DNA from: an uncultured Candidatus Saccharibacteria bacterium
GTDB lineage: Bacteria; Patescibacteriota; Minisyncoccia; Phycocordibacterales; UBA9973
Reading direction: 5' to 3'
Assembly: GCA_964631935.1 (NCBI GenBank)
Contig: CAZWAV010000002.1
Span: forward strand, 39,058 to 103,057
DNA: 64,000 nt
A program made the translations under genes and the position numbers. Position 1 is the stretch's first letter. Every line of letters begins with the position of its first letter. Below the pieces are notes generated by a model, which saw only the letters and a program-made list of their open reading frames with translations, did no database searches and was not told the DNA's origin. This document shows positions 59,733 to 64,000 of this stretch, piece after piece.

Positions 59733-60323
59733 ATGTTTAAAGCAGCTATCTTCGATTTAAACGGAATATTCTTACAAAGCCCAAAACTCAGTGATAGATT
59801 TGAGAAGGATTTTAATATTCCAACTTCAGTATTTTTACCAAAACTTTCCAAGATAATGGAAGAAGTAAGGAAGCCAGGCGCAGAACCGGCATTTAGTTAT
59901 TGGAAACCTGTTCTTGATGAATGGAATGTAAACCTCTCGGAATCAGAATTCTGGGATTATTGGTTCAAAGCTGAAATACCATCCAAGCAGATGATTGCCT
60001 TTTCGACATCACTACGAGAGAAAGGAGTTAAAGTTTTTATCCTTTCAAATAATTTTAAAGAGAGAGCAGAGTATTATGGACACTATCCATGGATTCATGA
60101 AGCCGTAGATAAGGTTTATTTCTCTTGGCAGACAGGATTTGTGAAGCCAGACAAAAAAGCTTGGGAACTTGTTTTATCTGAAAACAATCTCAATCCAGAG
60201 GATTGTATATATTTCGATGATCAACAGAAAAATCTAGATGTATCTGAAAGTGTAGGGATTAAATCCTACATGTTTACAAACGAAAAAGAATTGGAAAATA
60301 AAATAAATGATCTATTAAAATAA
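59733..60323 (+). CDS. HAD-superfamily hydrolase
   Basis: Motif I AAIFDLNG, motif III K..., motif IV YFDDQQKN. Confidence 0.6.
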   Translation: MFKAAIFDLNGIFLQSPKLSDRFEKDFNIPTSVFLPKLSKIMEEVRKPGAEPAFSYWKPVLDEWNVNLSESEFWDYWFKAEIPSKQMIAFSTSLREKGVKVFILSNNFKERAEYYGHYPWIHEAVDKVYFSWQTGFVKPDKKAWELVLSENNLNPEDCIYFDDQQKNLDVSESVGIKSYMFTNEKELENKINDLLK

Positions 60324-60358
60324 AAATGCCGAGTTTGTTCGGCATCTTAATTTGAATT
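60324..60358. terminator. bidirectional hairpin terminator
   Basis: atgccgagtttgttcggcat followed by a T-rich run. Confidence 0.6.
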
Positions 60359-60364
60359 TTTTTA

Positions 60365-60655
60365 TTATATTCCACCACCATTCCTCATTGAATCAATTTC
60401 AGGATCATGGATGTGCAACTCCTTCGCTTTCTTTTCTCCTAAAAGATAAAGCAGGAATTGATACCCGTGAGGTCCTGTCCGAAAATGGTTTGGTATAATC
60501 TCCGCCGCGATCTTGTGGAAATTCGGATCTTGTTTGATTGGTTTAACAATATCCTCAATTTCTTTTTGTAAGGCCAGCGAAACCTTTATTTTTTCGTAAA
60601 TAACATTAATTATTTCATCCATGGTAAAAGATTTTAGTTGTAAATACATTACCAC
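60365..60655 (-). CDS. hypothetical protein
   Basis: 96-aa ORF; no motif; start may be the internal MDEIIN. Confidence 0.3.
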   Translation of the reverse strand: MVMYLQLKSFTMDEIINVIYEKIKVSLALQKEIEDIVKPIKQDPNFHKIAAEIIPNHFRTGPHGYQFLLYLLGEKKAKELHIHDPEIDSMRNGGGI

Positions 60656-60726
60656 TAAATATTACAAATGTCAAAATTAAAAACTAAGGGTTTAGCCCAT
60701 TGAAAACATATCGAAATTATTAAAAT

Positions 60727-60747
60727 AAAACCGCATAATGCGGTTTT
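60727..60747. terminator. hairpin terminator downstream of pyrG
   Basis: aaaaccgcataatgcggtttt; overlaps the pyrG stop. Confidence 0.55.
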
Positions 60748-62416
60748 ATTTCTTCTTAATACACGCTTTTATAAATGCCGTGAAGAGTGGATGAGGAGAT
60801 AGGGGTCGCGCTTTGAACTCTGGGTGGAATTGAGTACCGAGGAAGAATTTATGCTTTGAGGCTGGAAGCTCAGCAATTTCAGCCAAGTTACCGTCAGGTG
60901 ATGTACCAGAGAATACCAACCCAGCCTTTTCTAATTGTGGTCTGTAAGCATTGTTCACTTCATAGCGGTGGCGATGACGCTCGGATATAGTAGTGGCCTT
61001 ATAAGCATTCGCTGCCACACTTCCCTTTTTAAGATTTGCCTTGAAGGCTCCTAGTCTCATACTGCCTCCCAACTTTTTAGTAGCAATTTTTTCTTTCTGA
61101 TCTTCCATAACATCAATGATAAGATTCTTAGAGCTCGGATTTATCTCACGAGTATTTGCATCTTTCATACCCAATACATTGCGAGCGTATTCGATGACCA
61201 TAAGTTGCATGCCATAGCAAAGTCCAAAGTAAGGAATATTGTGAGTACGGGCATACTGTATAGCTTTGATTTTACCTTCCACGCCTCGAGCTCCAAATCC
61301 ACCAGGAACAATTATTCCATCATATTTAGAAAGTTCTTTGACTTTCTTTGGGTCCTTTTCAAAATCAAGAGATGAGAGCCAGGTAAGCACAGGCTTACGA
61401 TCAACTGCATATGCAGAATATTTAATCGCTTCAATTACAGATAGATATGAGTCAGAGAGAGTGAAGTCGCCAGTGCTAAAATATTTACCGATCACAGCAA
61501 TATTTACTTTTTGCTTTCCATTATGACTTTTCTTAGCAAAATTCTTCCATGCTCGGGAACCAGCGCTATCCGCAGGACCGCATTTCATATCGACAACATC
61601 ACAAATCATGTCGCCTAATCCTTCTTTCTCAAAATTTATAGGTATATCGTAAATACTATCGACATCAGGCGCAGATATGACATTCTCTGGAGAAATGTTA
61701 CAGAACATAGAAAGCTTCTCTTTGCGTCTATCGTCGAGTGGTTGATTAGAGCGAGCAATAATTATATCTGGCTGGATACCTGAGGCATTGAGAGTACGGA
61801 CAGCGTATTGAGTAGGCTTTGTTTTCATCTCGCCAATTTTTGATGGTACAGGTAAATAAGAAACCATGACGAAGAATACATCTCTCTGGTGCTTGATCTT
61901 CATCATACGAGCAGCTTCGAGGAAAAGCATATTCTGATACTCACCCACTGTGCCACCTATCTCTATTACCACTACATCAGCTTTGGCATTATCGCGAGCC
62001 TGCTCTATGCGACGAATAACTTCAAGTGGTATATGAGGCACAACTTCGACGCACTTGCCTTCGTATTCTAGATTGCGTTCTTTCTCTATGACTGTTTGGT
62101 AGACTCGGCCAGTCGTCATGTAATTTATGCGGGTAAGGTCAATATCAAGGAATCTTTCGTAATTACCCATATCCTGATCGCATTCATCGCCGTCATCGAG
62201 CACAAAGACTTCCCCGTGCTCAGTCGGGTTCATAGTACCTGCATCAATATTTATATATGGGTCAATCTTTATCGCTGTTACATTCTGGCCTCTGTCTTTC
62301 AAGATACGAGCAATAGAAGAAGCAGCGACTCCTTTTCCTACACCAGAGATGACCCCACCGATGACAAAAATATATTTACATGACTTGATCTTTTTGTCTG
62401 GGACAATCTTCTTCAT
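60746..62416 (-). CDS. pyrG: CTP synthase
   Basis: N-terminal KYIFVIGGVISGVGKG synthetase domain; C-terminal class I glutamine amidotransferase (GLCYGMQLM, H/E dyad). Confidence 0.95.
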   Translation of the reverse strand: MKKIVPDKKIKSCKYIFVIGGVISGVGKGVAASSIARILKDRGQNVTAIKIDPYINIDAGTMNPTEHGEVFVLDDGDECDQDMGNYERFLDIDLTRINYMTTGRVYQTVIEKERNLEYEGKCVEVVPHIPLEVIRRIEQARDNAKADVVVIEIGGTVGEYQNMLFLEAARMMKIKHQRDVFFVMVSYLPVPSKIGEMKTKPTQYAVRTLNASGIQPDIIIARSNQPLDDRRKEKLSMFCNISPENVISAPDVDSIYDIPINFEKEGLGDMICDVVDMKCGPADSAGSRAWKNFAKKSHNGKQKVNIAVIGKYFSTGDFTLSDSYLSVIEAIKYSAYAVDRKPVLTWLSSLDFEKDPKKVKELSKYDGIIVPGGFGARGVEGKIKAIQYARTHNIPYFGLCYGMQLMVIEYARNVLGMKDANTREINPSSKNLIIDVMEDQKEKIATKKLGGSMRLGAFKANLKKGSVAANAYKATTISERHRHRYEVNNAYRPQLEKAGLVFSGTSPDGNLAEIAELPASKHKFFLGTQFHPEFKARPLSPHPLFTAFIKACIKKK

Positions 62417-62419
62417 AAA

Positions 62420-63343
62420 TTACTTTCGGAGATAGCGGGCAATAGCAAAAGCACTAGATATTCCTCCAAGGAAAACTCCAGAACCAAGCATAATAATAAA
62501 TAGCTGAAAGAAATTTGATTTAAAGTATGTAAATAGATTGATACCTACAAAGTCTGTGATTTGATTACCGAGCCAGATAGATATAGGTATAAATAATAGT
62601 ATCGTTATGATACTCGCTGTAATACCAACAAGGACTCCAGACACTATAAATGGTCCTTGGATATATTTTGGTCCTGCACCGACAAGTCTCATGACACCGA
62701 TCTCCTCTCGAGACATATATATGATAAGGCGAATAGTTGAGAAAGTAATGATGATCGAAATGAGAATAAGGATAAGTGAAACAGCAAAGCCAAGTCTCTC
62801 TGCACCATTGATAATAGCGCTTAGTCTATCGATGACAACTTTATTCTGGTGGTAGTCTATCTTATCTATAATAGTCAGAGCTCCTTTTGCAAGAGCATTA
62901 TCGGAATCAAAGTATTTAGAAATACTTTCGTACTGAGAAGGGTCTTTGGCTTTTACATTTAGTGATGCTCCTAGAGGATTATCATTCAACTCATCAAGAG
63001 CCTGGAGTGTAAGATAGTCATTGGCATGCTTTTCTTTAAAGGAGGCAATGGCTTCATCAGATGAAGTATAGGTCACCTCTTTGACTTCAGGAAGTTTAGC
63101 TAATGCAGATTGTATGTTTGTAATGGCAGCTTCATCGGCACCTGGGACAAAGTATACAGTCACATCAACTTTATTTTTAATATCTTCAAGTGATGAAGTA
63201 AGTGTAGCTTTAACAAAAATAAGACTGGTGATAACAAAAAGAGTTATCACCATCATAAGTATGGATGCTAAGGAGGTGAAACCACTACGCATAAAGTTGC
63301 GATACCCGGAACGTATAATTCTTTTAGCGTGGATCAAAAACAT
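62420..63343 (-). CDS. ftsX: cell-division ABC transporter permease FtsX
   Basis: N-terminal TM, large periplasmic loop, three C-terminal TM helices; adjacent to ftsE. Confidence 0.8.
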   Translation of the reverse strand: MFLIHAKRIIRSGYRNFMRSGFTSLASILMMVITLFVITSLIFVKATLTSSLEDIKNKVDVTVYFVPGADEAAITNIQSALAKLPEVKEVTYTSSDEAIASFKEKHANDYLTLQALDELNDNPLGASLNVKAKDPSQYESISKYFDSDNALAKGALTIIDKIDYHQNKVVIDRLSAIINGAERLGFAVSLILILISIIITFSTIRLIIYMSREEIGVMRLVGAGPKYIQGPFIVSGVLVGITASIITILLFIPISIWLGNQITDFVGINLFTYFKSNFFQLFIIMLGSGVFLGGISSAFAIARYLRK

Positions 63344-63350
63344 AAAGGCA

Positions 63351-64000
63351 TTATATCATATACTTACCATCTTTATCATCGCGGATAACACGTCCGTTCT
63401 CCAGAGTGATAACTCTCTTCTTTATTTGGTCTATAACTGTACGATTATGAGTAGTAAGTATCACAGTAGTGCCTAAATCGTTGATTTTTTTCAATATATT
63501 TATAACTTCATTTGTATTTACTGGGTCTAGGTTACCCGTCGGCTCATCGGCAATGATTAGTTCAGGTTGGGTAATAATAGCGCGAGCAATGGCTAGGCGT
63601 TGCTTCTCACCACCTGAGAGTTGATTGGGGAAATGGAGGGCACGGTTGGTCAAATCTACAAGCTCAAGGACGTGGGGCACATCTTCCGCAATCTCTTTAT
63701 CGTCTTTACCTGTGGCTTCCATAGCAAAAGCTATATTTTCATAAGCAGTTTTATTCGAAAGGAGGCGGAAATCCTGAAAAACGACTCCAACCTTGCGACG
63801 AAAATTTGTCAGCTCTTTATTTGAAAGCTTATGAATGTCAGTAGACTCGAAAAATATAGTTCCGTCTGTCGGAGATTCCTCGGCTAGGATAAGTTTCGTC
63901 AGGGTCGTCTTACCAGCTCCAGAGTGACCCACAACAGAAACAAACTCACCAGCTGCGATAGAAAGAGTCACGTCATCAAGTGACATATTATCTTTATATT
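63351..64000 (-). CDS. ftsE: cell-division ABC ATPase FtsE (5' end beyond window)
   Basis: Walker [18 protein letters not shown] signature, Walker [13 protein letters not shown]; the reading frame stays open upstream of the annotated Met to the window edge (...[10 protein letters not shown]). Confidence 0.85.
   Translation of the reverse strand, partial: YKDNMSLDDVTLSIAAGEFVSVVGHSGAGKTTLTKLILAEESPTDGTIFFESTDIHKLSNKELTNFRRKVGVVFQDFRLLSNKTAYENIAFAMEATGKDDKEIAEDVPHVLELVDLTNRALHFPNQLSGGEKQRLAIARAIITQPELIIADEPTGNLDPVNTNEVINILKKINDLGTTVILTTHNRTVIDQIKKRVITLENGRVIRDDKDGKYMI

Noticed and set aside
32244-60752. Recurrent hairpins of the form AAAACCGC-N4-GCGGTTTT (32244-32270 and 60727-60747) and other GC-stem/T-run palindromes, considered as possible CRISPR-like or REP repeats
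   Set aside because: They are single, non-tandem, located exactly at gene 3' ends, with no spacer periodicity. They behave as ordinary bidirectional intrinsic terminators. No CRISPR array or cas genes are present.
1-64000. Alternative genetic code (UGA recoding, as in some small-genome lineages)
   Set aside because: Long conserved proteins (IleRS, ArgRS, PyrG, GlyA) are read through as single ORFs with ordinary stops and domain boundaries under the standard table. TAA and TAG terminate the genes inspected. No evidence for recoding.

Overview
AT-rich, gene-dense bacterial chromosomal fragment with short intergenic spacers, many 4-nt gene overlaps, and simple hairpin terminators, most of them shared by convergent genes. 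Long ORFs are consistent with the standard genetic code. Most of the content is housekeeping. There are four aminoacyl-tRNA synthetases (metG, glyQS, ileS, argS), the rpsF-ssb-rpsR operon, secG, RNase J, recO, and a co-localised thymidylate module (dut, tmk, glyA, thyA, folA, MazG-like, dCMP deaminase). pyrG, ftsEX and one tRNA-Gln(CUG) are also present. Interspersed are cell-envelope and surface functions: a 960-aa secreted repeat protein flanked by two near-identical 33-bp palindromes, three FN3/PKD-repeat secreted proteins, two ECF sigma factors (one with an overlapping anti-sigma-like gene), a PAP2/GT2/DedA/GT2 carrier-lipid module, VIT1 and CDF metal transporters, and several proteases. 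Small minimal synthetases, abundant secreted repeat proteins and the AT-rich composition are compatible with a reduced-genome lineage such as Patescibacteria/CPR, but that is inference only. The most unusual observations are: (i) a complete histidine-phosphatase (PGAM-like) domain, with all four catalytic motifs, inserted in-frame into the catalytic core of IleRS; (ii) a T-box riboswitch leader with an AUC (Ile) specifier and canonical UGGU-bulge antiterminator upstream of ileS, in the 560-nt gap to argS; (iii) a duplicated palindromic element bracketing the large surface-protein gene. No CRISPR array, integrase, transposase or phage structural genes were seen.
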